Position numbers and translations under genes: made by a program. This document shows, piece after piece, positions 1 through 8,906 of a stretch of 64,000 bases of DNA (its first letter is position 1; each line of letters starts with the position of its first letter). The notes under the pieces were generated by a model. The model made no database searches. It was not told where the DNA came from and saw only the letters and a list, made by a program, of their open reading frames with translations. Source of the DNA: Phycisphaerales bacterium (GTDB lineage Bacteria; Planctomycetota; Phycisphaerae; Phycisphaerales; UBA1924); assembly GCA_020853815.1 (NCBI GenBank), contig JADYYE010000107.1, positions 11,500 to 75,499 of the forward strand. The letters are read 5' to 3'.

Positions 1-245
1 GCGACGAGGTCATGCCCGACGGCCTGTTCCAGGAGAGCTTCGAGCACCGCGGGCGCTGGTACGCCGTCCGCGCCGTGCTGGTCGAAGACTACGCCAAGGT
101 GATGCGGACCCGCAGCCCGCGCTGGGGCACCGTGCATGTCCCGCCCCAGGTCTTCGATCGCATCAGCCAGCCCCTGACCCTCGGCCCCAACGCCCGCCTC
201 TCTCTGGCCCAGCCCGACGCCCTGCCGCTCCTGGACACGATCTGA
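1..245 (+). CDS. hypothetical protein, 3' end (gene starts left of window)
   Basis: Open frame entering from the left edge with stop at 243-245. No recognisable motif; supported only by GC-rich third codon positions. Confidence 0.35.
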   Translation, partial: DEVMPDGLFQESFEHRGRWYAVRAVLVEDYAKVMRTRSPRWGTVHVPPQVFDRISQPLTLGPNARLSLAQPDALPLLDTI

Positions 246-257
246 TCCGCGGCCTCC

Positions 258-2921
258 ATGGCCCGCGCGCCGAAAGGAACCGCCCACATGTTCATCATCA
301 CGAGGCGTTGGGCGCTGGCGCTGGTCTCCGTCCTGGTCGGGGCCGCGGCCGCGTCGGGCAAGCCCACGCCGCCAATCACTCCGGCAACGGACGCTCACGC
401 CGCCCCGCCAGTCAAGGTCTTCCTTCTGCTGGGCCAATCCAACATGGAAGGGCACGGGCGGATCCACGCCGATCCGAAGCGCCACGACGGCAAGGGCAGC
501 CTCGAGTGGCTCGCCAGGAACCCCTCCTCGCCCGAGAAACTCAAACGCCTGCCCGATCAGAACGGGCGTTGGGTCGTGCGCGACGACGCCTGGATCCACT
601 ACCTCGATCGCAAGGGCCGCCTCGCGCCCGGCTTCGGCGTCGGCGAGGATTGCATCGGTCCCGAGCTCGGCTTCGGGCAAGTCGTCGCCGATCACTTCAA
701 CGAGCCCGTCCTCCTCGTCAAGCTCGCCTGGGGCGGCAAGAGCCTCGCGGTCGACTTCCGCCCGCCCAGCTCGGGTGGTCAGGTCGGCCCGTTCTACACC
801 GAAGTCATCACCCGCGCCAAAGACCTGCTCTCGAACCTCCCTCGCGAGTTTCCCGAACTGGGCACTGAACTGGGCGATCGCGCCGTCGAGATCGCCGGCA
901 TCGGCTGGCACCAGGGCTGGAACGACCGCGTCAACGACGCGTTCGTCGCCGAATACCAGGAGAACATGGCCAACTTCATCCGCGACATCCGCAAAGACCT
1001 CGGGGCCAAGGACGCGCCCTTCGTCATCGCGGAAACCGGCCAGGGCGGCCCGAACGAAAAAGACCCGCAGGCGCTCGCGCTCATGGACGCCCAGGCCAAC
1101 GCCGCCAATCTGCAAGAGTTCCGCGGCAACGTCGCCTTTGTTCCCACCCGCGCGTTCTGGCGCGACGAGCGCGAGTCCCCCTCGGATCAGGGCTACCACT
1201 GGAACTCAAACGCCGAGACCTATTACCTGATCGGCGAGGCCATGGGCAACGCGATGGTGAAGATGTGCCGGCATCCCGTCCCCGCGGGCGAGCGCGCCCC
1301 CGCGCGGCCGCCTTCACCCGCCCCAGCCAAGCCGGTCCCCGGCGAGCTCTCCGGCTATCTCCTCGTGCCCCACGAAAGAGTCCCCAGCGATTTCAACGCG
1401 GGCTTCTCCATGTACGTCGCCGCCTGGCCCCTCCTCCGCCACTACCCCGGCAACGATTTCCAGTCCGGGCTCCCCGGCACCTGGATGTTCGCCCAACAGG
1501 ACACGCCCCTGAAAGGCGAGCATTACTCCGACATCGAGGGCGGCCTGGGCTGGTGGCGCGACACCCGCTTCGCCACCACCACTCCCAAGTTCATCATGGG
1601 CGGCGTCGCCCTCAACTTCCGCGAGTGGGCCAACGGGCCGGGTGCCGGCAAGGGTCGAGACTGGGACAACCCCGCCGGACACTACGCCATCGCACAGCTC
1701 AGCCCCTGGGTTCTCTGGCCGCCCGACGGCCTGAACGTCAAGCAGGGAGCCGCCGGCGAGCTCTTCGGCTATGGATACCTCCCCCTGCCCCTCGCCACGC
1801 CCAAGGCAACGACCAACGGCAAGGACATCCCCACCGGCGAACAGTGCTGGACGCTCTTCCTCAACACCGGCAACTTCAAGGGCCCCGTTGCGTTCTTCAC
1901 GCCGTATTTCTGGAGCAAGCCGACGATCGATCACCCGGAGTTTGCCGGCAAGTTCCTCGATGCACGCCCATCCGATCCCAACAAGGCCCTCCAGATGGAG
2001 ACGCAGTACATCCCCGCGTCGTTCGCCAAAGACGCCCAGGGGAACGCGTTCGCGCGCATCGCGCCCGTCAACTTCCCGCGCGACGCCAACGCCGACTCCG
2101 TCCTGGTTCATCGCATGACCGCCTACAAGCGCGACGCGCTCTGGACCAGCGTCCAAAGGTGGTTCGAGGGCGGCGCGACGGCGTCGGGCACGATCGACAC
2201 CAATCACGCGTCCACGCACTCTTTCGGCGCGCAGGGCGATTCCACCTGGCGGCTGCATCCTCCCAACACGCCCGACGACCAGCGACACCCGATCAATTGG
2301 CGCTCGTTCGCCACCCCGGTCGCGATCGACCAATTCACCTACGGCTATCGCTGGTCCGACGCCGCCGTCACGCCCAAGGGCAAGGTCACCACGCTCCCCG
2401 AGTACTTCCGCCTCGGAACCGACACGCACAACAAGCCGCAGTGGCAGGCGGTCCGCGCCGCCGACGTGCCGCCGGAAACCGGCCTGCACAAGCTCTCCTT
2501 CCGCCGCCCGCGCCAGACGCAAAGGCCCGAGCCCTACGTCACCCCCGAAGCTCCCGATAGCTCCTGGAAGAAGCCCGGCCCCGCCGCCGGCCCGTTCACG
2601 CGCGCCCTCGCCGACGGGAGCGTCGTGACCTACTCCTGGTACCGCTTCGCGGACCAGCCCTCCATGCTCAACGCCGACCTCTCGCCCGCTGAGCGCGAAG
2701 AGGTGCAGCGAAAGGTCGAACTGATCCACCGCCACTGGGCCAAGGACCGTAACTACCTCCCGCCCAACACCACCGGCACGCTCGCCGAGATCGATCCGGC
2801 CCTGCTGGTCACGCCCCCCAAGGGACTCGAAGCGGGGTATGTCCCCATCGTGACCAGACAGGAGGCCAGACGGGAAGCCAATCAGGAAGCCAAACAGGAA
2901 TCCAAACGGGAAACCAAGTAA
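258..2921 (+). CDS. secreted SGNH-type sialate O-acetylesterase-like carbohydrate esterase with large unassigned C-terminal region
   Basis: 887-aa ORF. Signal-like MFIITRRWALALVSVLVGAAAASG (alternative start 288). VFLLLGQSNMEGHG plus GWHQGWND and QGYHWN blocks are typical of the DUF303/sialate O-acetylesterase family. About 550 aa downstream are unassigned. The 3' end carries a 12-nt tandem repeat. Confidence 0.75.
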   Translation: MARAPKGTAHMFIITRRWALALVSVLVGAAAASGKPTPPITPATDAHAAPPVKVFLLLGQSNMEGHGRIHADPKRHDGKGSLEWLARNPSSPEKLKRLPDQNGRWVVRDDAWIHYLDRKGRLAPGFGVGEDCIGPELGFGQVVADHFNEPVLLVKLAWGGKSLAVDFRPPSSGGQVGPFYTEVITRAKDLLSNLPREFPELGTELGDRAVEIAGIGWHQGWNDRVNDAFVAEYQENMANFIRDIRKDLGAKDAPFVIAETGQGGPNEKDPQALALMDAQANAANLQEFRGNVAFVPTRAFWRDERESPSDQGYHWNSNAETYYLIGEAMGNAMVKMCRHPVPAGERAPARPPSPAPAKPVPGELSGYLLVPHERVPSDFNAGFSMYVAAWPLLRHYPGNDFQSGLPGTWMFAQQDTPLKGEHYSDIEGGLGWWRDTRFATTTPKFIMGGVALNFREWANGPGAGKGRDWDNPAGHYAIAQLSPWVLWPPDGLNVKQGAAGELFGYGYLPLPLATPKATTNGKDIPTGEQCWTLFLNTGNFKGPVAFFTPYFWSKPTIDHPEFAGKFLDARPSDPNKALQMETQYIPASFAKDAQGNAFARIAPVNFPRDANADSVLVHRMTAYKRDALWTSVQRWFEGGATASGTIDTNHASTHSFGAQGDSTWRLHPPNTPDDQRHPINWRSFATPVAIDQFTYGYRWSDAAVTPKGKVTTLPEYFRLGTDTHNKPQWQAVRAADVPPETGLHKLSFRRPRQTQRPEPYVTPEAPDSSWKKPGPAAGPFTRALADGSVVTYSWYRFADQPSMLNADLSPAEREEVQRKVELIHRHWAKDRNYLPPNTTGTLAEIDPALLVTPPKGLEAGYVPIVTRQEARREANQEAKQESKRETK

Positions 2922-3126
2922 TCTCGGCGCGCCGATGCGGTCCACCGGAACCAGCCCGCCGCCGCCGCGTCGATCCCCAATGCCCCGGCAGGCGCTGGAA
3001 CGACGCCCCGGCACGCTCCGGCACGCCCCGGGCCGAAACCGCCACGCCCCTTCCCGCGAATCGGGTCGGCTTTACTCGCCCGGCCCCTTCACTTAGCATG
3101 ACCCCCGCCCCGTCTTTCGCCCGTCT

Positions 3127-3180
3127 TTTCACTCGGTTTTTCACGCGACCTTTCACGCGGCCCAACGCGGAGGTTTTCAC
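3127..3180 (+). promoter_or_regulatory. phased TTTCAC direct repeats upstream of small membrane-protein gene
   Basis: TTTCAC at 3127, 3139, 3151 and 3175 (spacing 12, 12, 24 nt), ending 3 nt before the ATG at 3183. A related CTTCAC lies at 3087. Confidence 0.3.
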
Positions 3181-3182
3181 AC

Positions 3183-3407
3183 ATGACCCGCTTCGCCCGT
3201 TCGCTTGTCCTCGCGTCCGCCTTGACCCTCTCCCTCGCCTCCGTCGCCAACGCCCAGCCGTCCAAAAACCTCGCCCTCCCCAAGGCGCCGACCGCCAAGA
3301 TCCCGGACAGCCCGCCCGTGCTCATGTCGTACCTTTTTCTCATCGTCATCGTGGGCGGAGCGGTGGGGGCCGCCCTGATCCCAAGCAAGCGCGGACACCA
3401 GGACTGA
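3183..3407 (+). CDS. small secreted/membrane-anchored hypothetical protein
   Basis: 74 aa. N-terminal signal (LASVANA|QP) and C-terminal TM helix (LMSYLFLIVIVGGAVGAALI). Confidence 0.5.
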   Translation: MTRFARSLVLASALTLSLASVANAQPSKNLALPKAPTAKIPDSPPVLMSYLFLIVIVGGAVGAALIPSKRGHQD

Positions 3408-3531
3408 TCCATCGGGCCGCATTCCGCGAGCGGTCTTCCGCCGCCCGGAACCCGGCGAAGTCAAGAATCGCGCCCGCGTGTGCCGCGGCGTCGCGTCGGA
3501 TCGTGATTGCCCTCTGTTGAAAGGTTCGAAC

Positions 3532-3834
3532 ATGCGCGGCAAGCCGAGCGTTCGAGCGCTCGCCGTCGTCAACGGCGTGCTCATCCTGGCCCTGGGCCTC
3601 GTCATCCTCTCGACCCCGGTTGTCGCCCAGCCGGGCGGAGCCCCACGGGCCCGAGGCGAATACACCATGGTCGCCGGCAAGACCAGCGCCGGAGGGAGCA
3701 ACTCCGCCGTCTTCATCCTCGACGCCGCCAACCGCGAAATGGTCGCCGTCCGATGGGACCAGAGCAAGAGGTCGTTGACCGGGATCGGGTACCGCAACCT
3801 CGACACCGACGCTAAGTCCCAGCCCGGGAGGTGA
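3532..3834 (+). CDS. hypothetical single-pass membrane protein (paralogue of next gene)
   Basis: ATG at 3532 after GAAAGG. TM helix VVNGVLILALGLVILS. The GEYTMVAG..AVFILDAANREMVAVRWD block aligns with GDYTMMTF..DMLITLDNRSEELYVYRVE of the next ORF. Confidence 0.55.
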   Translation: MRGKPSVRALAVVNGVLILALGLVILSTPVVAQPGGAPRARGEYTMVAGKTSAGGSNSAVFILDAANREMVAVRWDQSKRSLTGIGYRNLDTDAKSQPGR

Positions 3835-3838
3835 TGCC

Positions 3839-4255
3839 ATGAACGACCCAGCCCACCGCCACACCGACGCCGAAAACCCGACCACGCCCGACGCCGCTCC
3901 GGTGCTGAACGACGCGGGCCCCGTCGTCCCCGCGCGAGATCGCGAGCGAGGCGTGCGCTGGCTGCTCTCGGCCAGCGCGGTCATGCTCGCGGGCCTGCTC
4001 GCCTGGAGCGCCCAGGCCATGCAGCTCGGGCGCGACGGGGGGGCGGGCTCCGGGATGGTGAGCAACGTCGGCGACTACACCATGATGACGTTCAGCGCCG
4101 GCAACGAGGACATGCTGATCACGCTCGACAACCGATCGGAAGAGCTCTACGTCTACCGCGTCGAGAACCAGAACGCGGTGGCGCTCTTCCAGAAGCTCAG
4201 CTTGCCCCGCCTGTTCAGTGAGGCACGCACGCGGGCGCAGGGGTCGTCGAAGTAG
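3839..4255 (+). CDS. hypothetical single-pass membrane protein (paralogue of previous gene)
   Basis: ATG lies 4 nt after the previous stop. TM helix WLLSASAVMLAGLLAW. Shares the C-terminal beta-rich block with 3532..3834. Confidence 0.6.
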   Translation: MNDPAHRHTDAENPTTPDAAPVLNDAGPVVPARDRERGVRWLLSASAVMLAGLLAWSAQAMQLGRDGGAGSGMVSNVGDYTMMTFSAGNEDMLITLDNRSEELYVYRVENQNAVALFQKLSLPRLFSEARTRAQGSSK

Positions 4256-4300
4256 GGGCCCCATGTCGGAGGGGCTTGGGCACCAGAGAATGGAGGCCTT

Positions 4301-4978
4301 CTACCGTGCCTTGGTCAGCTGCTCGCGGAACCACGCCTGGGGGAAGAGTTCGCCCGGGCTGGTGGTCGTCGCGATGTCGCGGTGGAGCACCACGCGATCG
4401 GCGGGGATGTTCAATTCGCGGCAGAGCGAGTTGACCAGCCCGACCAGGCGCGTCATCTGCTCGGGCGTGAAGGTCTTGCGGTCGCCGTCGCCGATCACGC
4501 AGATGCCGATGGTGTTGAGGTTGTACCACTCGCCGCTCTTGCCCGCGGCGTGGGCGCCGGGCTTCTGCTGCATCCAGCGGTAGCCGACGTGGACCTCACC
4601 GTCGCCGATGCCGCTCCCGTTGCCGAGAACGAAGTGATAGCCCAGGCCCTTCAGGCCGCGGGCCTGCGCTTCACTGTCGAGCGAGGCGGGCGTGCCGACG
4701 ACGGAGCCGGAATGGTGGATGACGAGGCCCTGCCAGCGGCCGGGGGTGATGGGGGCCTTGGTTGAGAAGATGCCTTCGTAGGAGCGAGGACCGGCGGACG
4801 CGACCAGGGCGGGGAGCGCCCAACCACCGGAAGAGGGGCCCTTGGCGCCGTCGAGCGTCCAGAGCAGACCGCCCACGACCGTCATGGCGCCGAGGAGCGC
4901 GCCCCAGACGACGCGGGTGCGCCGCGCGGCTGACGAGCGGGAAGCTGAGGAGCGAGATGACTTCGCGTTGCGCTTCAT
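4301..4978 (-). CDS. membrane-anchored N-acetylmuramoyl-L-alanine amidase (amidase_2 / PGRP fold)
   Basis: LVIHHSGS, GYHFVLGNG, NTIGICVIGDGD and FTPEQM..LV..LC..NIPADRVVLHRDI match amidase_2. N-terminal TM VVWGALLGAMTVVGGLLW. Confidence 0.8.
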   Translation of the reverse strand: MKRNAKSSRSSASRSSAARRTRVVWGALLGAMTVVGGLLWTLDGAKGPSSGGWALPALVASAGPRSYEGIFSTKAPITPGRWQGLVIHHSGSVVGTPASLDSEAQARGLKGLGYHFVLGNGSGIGDGEVHVGYRWMQQKPGAHAAGKSGEWYNLNTIGICVIGDGDRKTFTPEQMTRLVGLVNSLCRELNIPADRVVLHRDIATTTSPGELFPQAWFREQLTKAR

Positions 4979-5140
4979 GCGACCAGTTCCCCCGGCGCCT
5001 CGCCGTGCGGCCTTGGAGTCTTGCGCCCCGTGCCGCGATCAACAAGCATACCGGGCTTTCTCATCGTCAGATAGATCGAACGGCGCTCAAACTGCGCTCC
5101 GTGTGAATCGAGGAAATCAAAAGAATTTTTTCGCGCTTCG

Positions 5141-5386
5141 TCACTGCTTCTCAAGCAGGCGGGCCCGGAGATTCGGCTGGCGACGGCCGAACTCATCCTC
5201 GATGTACGACGGCGCGCGCTGGTCGCGTATCGCGTCGTATCGGTCGAACTGCGAACGCTCTTCATCGGGAACCAGCAACGGGTCGTAGCAGCCCGCGAGG
5301 AGACCCACAACAAGTAGAGCGCCGAGCGCCAGAACCGCGCCGACCGCCCTCCGAGAACCCGCGATGTTGGTGTTCCGAGAATGCAC
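5141..5386 (-). CDS. putative lipoprotein, hypothetical
   Basis: Lipobox-like LLAGC after a hydrophobic stretch. GTG at 5386 chosen; the ORF extends to a TTG at 5458. No domain recognised. Confidence 0.4.
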   Translation of the reverse strand: MHSRNTNIAGSRRAVGAVLALGALLVVGLLAGCYDPLLVPDEERSQFDRYDAIRDQRAPSYIEDEFGRRQPNLRARLLEKQ

Positions 5387-5532
5387 AAAAGCAGTGTACC
5401 GACCCCAAACGATCGGGGCCGGTCCACTGCCGAAGAGAGGAGGATCGATGAAGCTCAATCAACGTGCTCACAAGCACTTACGCACGATCTGCCCGGCATG
5501 TTCTGGGGCTTTTGGTCGTCCGGATAACTTTT

Positions 5533-6057
5533 TCACTCAATCAGGAGGCGGCCATCCGCCCCGATTTCGATCTCGCCGCGGGCGCGGAGCTGACGCACGC
5601 CCTCGTAGACCGCGGCGCACACCGCGGTCGCGAGGTTGAGCGATCGCTCGTTTCGCACCATCGGGAACGAGACGCATCGATCGGGGAAGCGATCGAGGAT
5701 GTCGCGCGGCAGGCCCGCGGTCTCGCGCCCAAAGAGCAGGTGGTCGCCGCGCCGAAGCTCGGCGTCAAAGACGCTGCGCGACGATTTGGTGGTGAAGACC
5801 CAGAGTCGCGCGGGCGCGGCACGCTCGATGTACGCGTCGAAACTCGCGTGCTCATGGACCCCGAGCCTGGGCCAGTAGTCCAGGCCCGCGCGGCGGCAGG
5901 CCTTTTCCGAGAGATCAAAGCCCAGCGGGTGAATGAGGTGCAGGGCGCAGGCGCACGCGACACAGGTGCGCCCGATGTTCCCCGTGTTGTTGGGGATCTC
6001 GGGCTGGTGGAGCGCACTGTGGAAGAGCGGCGAGGGCCGCGGGGGTGCGTCGCTCAC
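5533..6057 (-). CDS. trmL: tRNA (cytidine/uridine-2'-O)-methyltransferase TrmL (SpoU family)
   Basis: HQPEIPNNTGNIGRTC, LHLIHPLGF, LLFGRETAGLP and RSLNLATAVCAAVYE are TrmL/SpoU signatures. The GTG start at 6057 overlaps the upstream stop as GTGA. Confidence 0.8.
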   Translation of the reverse strand: MSDAPPRPSPLFHSALHQPEIPNNTGNIGRTCVACACALHLIHPLGFDLSEKACRRAGLDYWPRLGVHEHASFDAYIERAAPARLWVFTTKSSRSVFDAELRRGDHLLFGRETAGLPRDILDRFPDRCVSFPMVRNERSLNLATAVCAAVYEGVRQLRARGEIEIGADGRLLIE

Positions 6058-7346
6058 TTCTTCTCGCTCAGGTACTTCTCTTCGGCGGCGCGCCGGGCCT
6101 TGACGCCCGGGTCGGCGCGGAGGACGCCCTCGATGGCGGCCCGATAGGCCGGGGCCGAGGGCGGGCCTTCCCAGCGGACCACGCCGTCCGAGCTGCACAC
6201 CGCGACCCAGGGGATGCGGACCTCGCTCCCGGAGTCGCTGTTGAAATCTCGCCCCGCGATGTTGCCGGCGTAGAGCGTGATCGCGTGCTCCAGGCTCATG
6301 TTCTTGGAAAACTTCTTGGCCTGCTCGATGAGCTTCAGCGGATCGACGTTCTGCTCTTCGTTGCCGCTCGAATCGCGATCGCGGAGCTCGACCATGCCGC
6401 CGATGACCGCCACGTCGCGCCCGTACCGCTTCTGCTCAAGGTCCATGTCGCGCAGCAGGTTCTCGTAGCTGGAACGGACCTTGGGGCTCCAGATGTACAT
6501 GATGACGGCCCGCCCCTTGGTCAAGGGGTCGCTCGGGAAGCATGAGCCCGGCGCGGGGAGCGTGATGCTCTTGGGCCCCTGGCTATCGCCGGACGAAGAA
6601 TCTTCCCGGCTCGCCTTCTCGGGCTTGGGCCAGGGGGCGGCGGCGTAGGTCTCGGGCGAGGGATCGGAGAAGCTCTGCTCGGGGATGTTCCGCGTGTCGA
6701 CGTTGCTGCGGATCGCGTCGGTCTTCCGCGCCTCGCGGTCGGCCTTTTCCTTGGCGGCCGCGATCGCCCCGTTGATCCCCGCCGCCTGCTCGCTGGTCTC
6801 CGCGAGCAGCTGTTTCACGGCGGCATCGACCGACTCGGTGGCGATGTCCGCGAAGCGCATCTGCCCGGCGCGATCGATGACGTAGAAGTCGGGGTCCTGG
6901 TCGGACTTGATCGCTTCGCGGAACTTGCCGTCCTTGTCGTGCCCGAGGAAGAGGTTGACGCCCTCCTTGGGCCCGTTCTTCTTGGCCTTGTCCCATTCAC
7001 GCGCGTTGTGCGCGCCGATGACGACCAGTCCCTCTCCCGACTTGCTGCTCGCCAATCGCTCCGCGACCGCGAAGGCGCGCGACGCGGCGGGGTACCAGTC
7101 GGAATAGGTGCAGATCAGCACGACCTTGCCCGACAGATCGCCGGACGCCGGCGCTTTGCCCCCCACCCAGTCGGAGATGTTCTTCAATGCATCGCTGGAC
7201 CACGCGGCCAGCTCCATGGCGTCGAGCGACTTGCGGCGCTCGCCGGTGCCCTCGCGGACGATGCTGGGGCTGACGACCTGGGCCGAGGCCGAGAGGGCCA
7301 TGCCGCTGATCCCGACCACGATTGCCGCACGGATGATCCGGTTCAC
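6054..7346 (-). CDS. secreted protein with two thioredoxin-like (TlpA/redoxin-like) folds lacking CxxC
   Basis: GTG at 7346 preceded by AAGGA gives the signal peptide VNRIIRAAIVVGISGMALSASAQ. Two redoxin-like blocks are present (VVLICTYSDWYPAASRAF and AVIMYIWSPKVRSSYENL), and neither has the CxxC dithiol. The ORF is open up to 7625. Confidence 0.55.
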   Translation of the reverse strand: MNRIIRAAIVVGISGMALSASAQVVSPSIVREGTGERRKSLDAMELAAWSSDALKNISDWVGGKAPASGDLSGKVVLICTYSDWYPAASRAFAVAERLASSKSGEGLVVIGAHNAREWDKAKKNGPKEGVNLFLGHDKDGKFREAIKSDQDPDFYVIDRAGQMRFADIATESVDAAVKQLLAETSEQAAGINGAIAAAKEKADREARKTDAIRSNVDTRNIPEQSFSDPSPETYAAAPWPKPEKASREDSSSGDSQGPKSITLPAPGSCFPSDPLTKGRAVIMYIWSPKVRSSYENLLRDMDLEQKRYGRDVAVIGGMVELRDRDSSGNEEQNVDPLKLIEQAKKFSKNMSLEHAITLYAGNIAGRDFNSDSGSEVRIPWVAVCSSDGVVRWEGPPSAPAYRAAIEGVLRADPGVKARRAAEEKYLSEKK

Positions 7347-7510
7347 AGAGCGTCCTTTGGGCCGCTGGCCCCGCCACAAGCCCCGCCAAGCCCCGCGACC
7401 CATGCCGCGCGGGCGAATCGATCTCCAAGCGTATCGCATCCGCCCGCCCAGTCGCAGGACAATCCTGGCGCGGCCAGCGTGGGAATCCGCCCGAAGACCG
7501 ATCCTTGGTC

Positions 7511-8095
7511 TTACGAACCCGCGGGCGGCGAGTTCCCGTTTGGCGCGGGAGTTGTGACACCCCCCGCGCTCGGAAACTCGCGTTTCTTCAGGGGTCTGGC
7601 AGGGTCGCCGGCCGCGATGGTCCATTCGGGCACGTCGGTGTCGACCATGCTGCGGGCGCCGATCACCGCCCCCGCGCCGATCGTCACGCCCGGCAGCACC
7701 AGCGCGTCGGTCGCCACCCAGGCGTCGGCCCCGATGGTGATGGGCTTGTGGACCGGCGACGCGCCGGCGCGCGTGTGGTCGCGGGCCTCGGTGAGCAGGC
7801 TGGTGCGCTGGCTGACGACGGCCCGGTCTCCGAGCGTGATCGGGCAGCGCGCCAAGAGCAGCGCGTAGTCACCGACCAGCACGAACCGGCCGCAGCGCAG
7901 GTTCCAGGGACGGTCGAGAGCCACCGTGGGGCGGAAGTTGGTGGTGTCGGAGATGATGGCGCCGAAGGCGCGGAGGATGCGCCGGCGGAAGGCGTACCAG
8001 TTGTGGTACGACATGCTGAAGAGTCGTCGCCCGAAGAGCTTCCACAAGAAGCTGCGGATGGGGGGATCGGGCTGGCTCTGTACGTCGTGAGACAT
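7511..8095 (-). CDS. hexapeptide-repeat O-acetyltransferase, WcaF-like
   Basis: N-terminal WKLFGRRLF..WYAFRRRILRAFGA followed by left-handed beta-helix hexapeptide repeats (ITIGADAWVATDALVLPGVTIGAGAVIGARSMV). Confidence 0.8.
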   Translation of the reverse strand: MSHDVQSQPDPPIRSFLWKLFGRRLFSMSYHNWYAFRRRILRAFGAIISDTTNFRPTVALDRPWNLRCGRFVLVGDYALLLARCPITLGDRAVVSQRTSLLTEARDHTRAGASPVHKPITIGADAWVATDALVLPGVTIGAGAVIGARSMVDTDVPEWTIAAGDPARPLKKREFPSAGGVTTPAPNGNSPPAGS

Positions 8096-8152
8096 GGTCG
8101 TTCAACGCACCGCCCTGGAGAGCGGCGCCACCAAGAAGCGCCGGGCGAAAGT

Positions 8153-8755
8153 TCAACCGCCGGCGTTGAGCTGTTCCTCGCTGGTGCTCCCGATGGGCGG
8201 GCGGAGCTCCGTCACCGCCCGGGCGGGATTGCCCTGAATCACCGTCGAATCCGGGAAGCTCCGGTACAGGCTCGAGCGCGGCCAGACGCGGCAGTCGGCC
8301 CCCAGCGTCACGCCCGGCGCGAGATAGCTGTCGATCCCGATGAACGTCCGCGGGCCGATCGTGATGGGCGGCGTGAGCAATGGGAAACGCGGGTCGGTGA
8401 AGTCGTGCGTGCCGGCGCAGAGATGGGCGTGGTAGTCGATCACCACGCCGTCGCCCAGCGTGATCACGCCGAGGTTGTAGAGAAGGACGCGGTGCCCGAT
8501 GTCGCAGTCATCGCCCGCGACGAGGTTCCACGGGATCGTGACCTCCGACGTGCTGGCGAAGCGGCAGTTGCGGCCGACCTTGGCGCCGAACAGCCGGAGC
8601 AGCGGCACGCGCAGCGAGGAGAAATACTTCCAGAGCGGCTTGGCGAACGCCATCCACAGAGCGCGGGCGATGTTCTGTCGGCGCGTCCAGGCCGAGTGGC
8701 GGATCGGTGCAGACGAGACCGCCTCCGAGTGGATCGGGTCGGAAATGTTCGACAT
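8153..8755 (-). CDS. hexapeptide-repeat O-acetyltransferase, WcaF-like (second copy)
   Basis: ATG at 8755 (MSNISDP). PLWKYFSSLRVPLLRLFGAKVG plus hexapeptide repeats (ITIGPRTFIGIDSYLAPGVTLGADCRV). Upstream part of the 251-aa ORF rejected. Confidence 0.8.
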   Translation of the reverse strand: MSNISDPIHSEAVSSAPIRHSAWTRRQNIARALWMAFAKPLWKYFSSLRVPLLRLFGAKVGRNCRFASTSEVTIPWNLVAGDDCDIGHRVLLYNLGVITLGDGVVIDYHAHLCAGTHDFTDPRFPLLTPPITIGPRTFIGIDSYLAPGVTLGADCRVWPRSSLYRSFPDSTVIQGNPARAVTELRPPIGSTSEEQLNAGG

Positions 8756-8906
8756 TTGATCGGTGGTGCGCACACGCCCTCCGCGGACCTTCATCCTATC
8801 GGGAGCGCGCGTCCCGGAGGAACACCGAAGCTGGTGCGGAATATCAAGAGGAGGGCCTGGCGGGCTACAGAGACCCCCCGCACGGTCCCGATACACTCGG
8901 AGCCCC

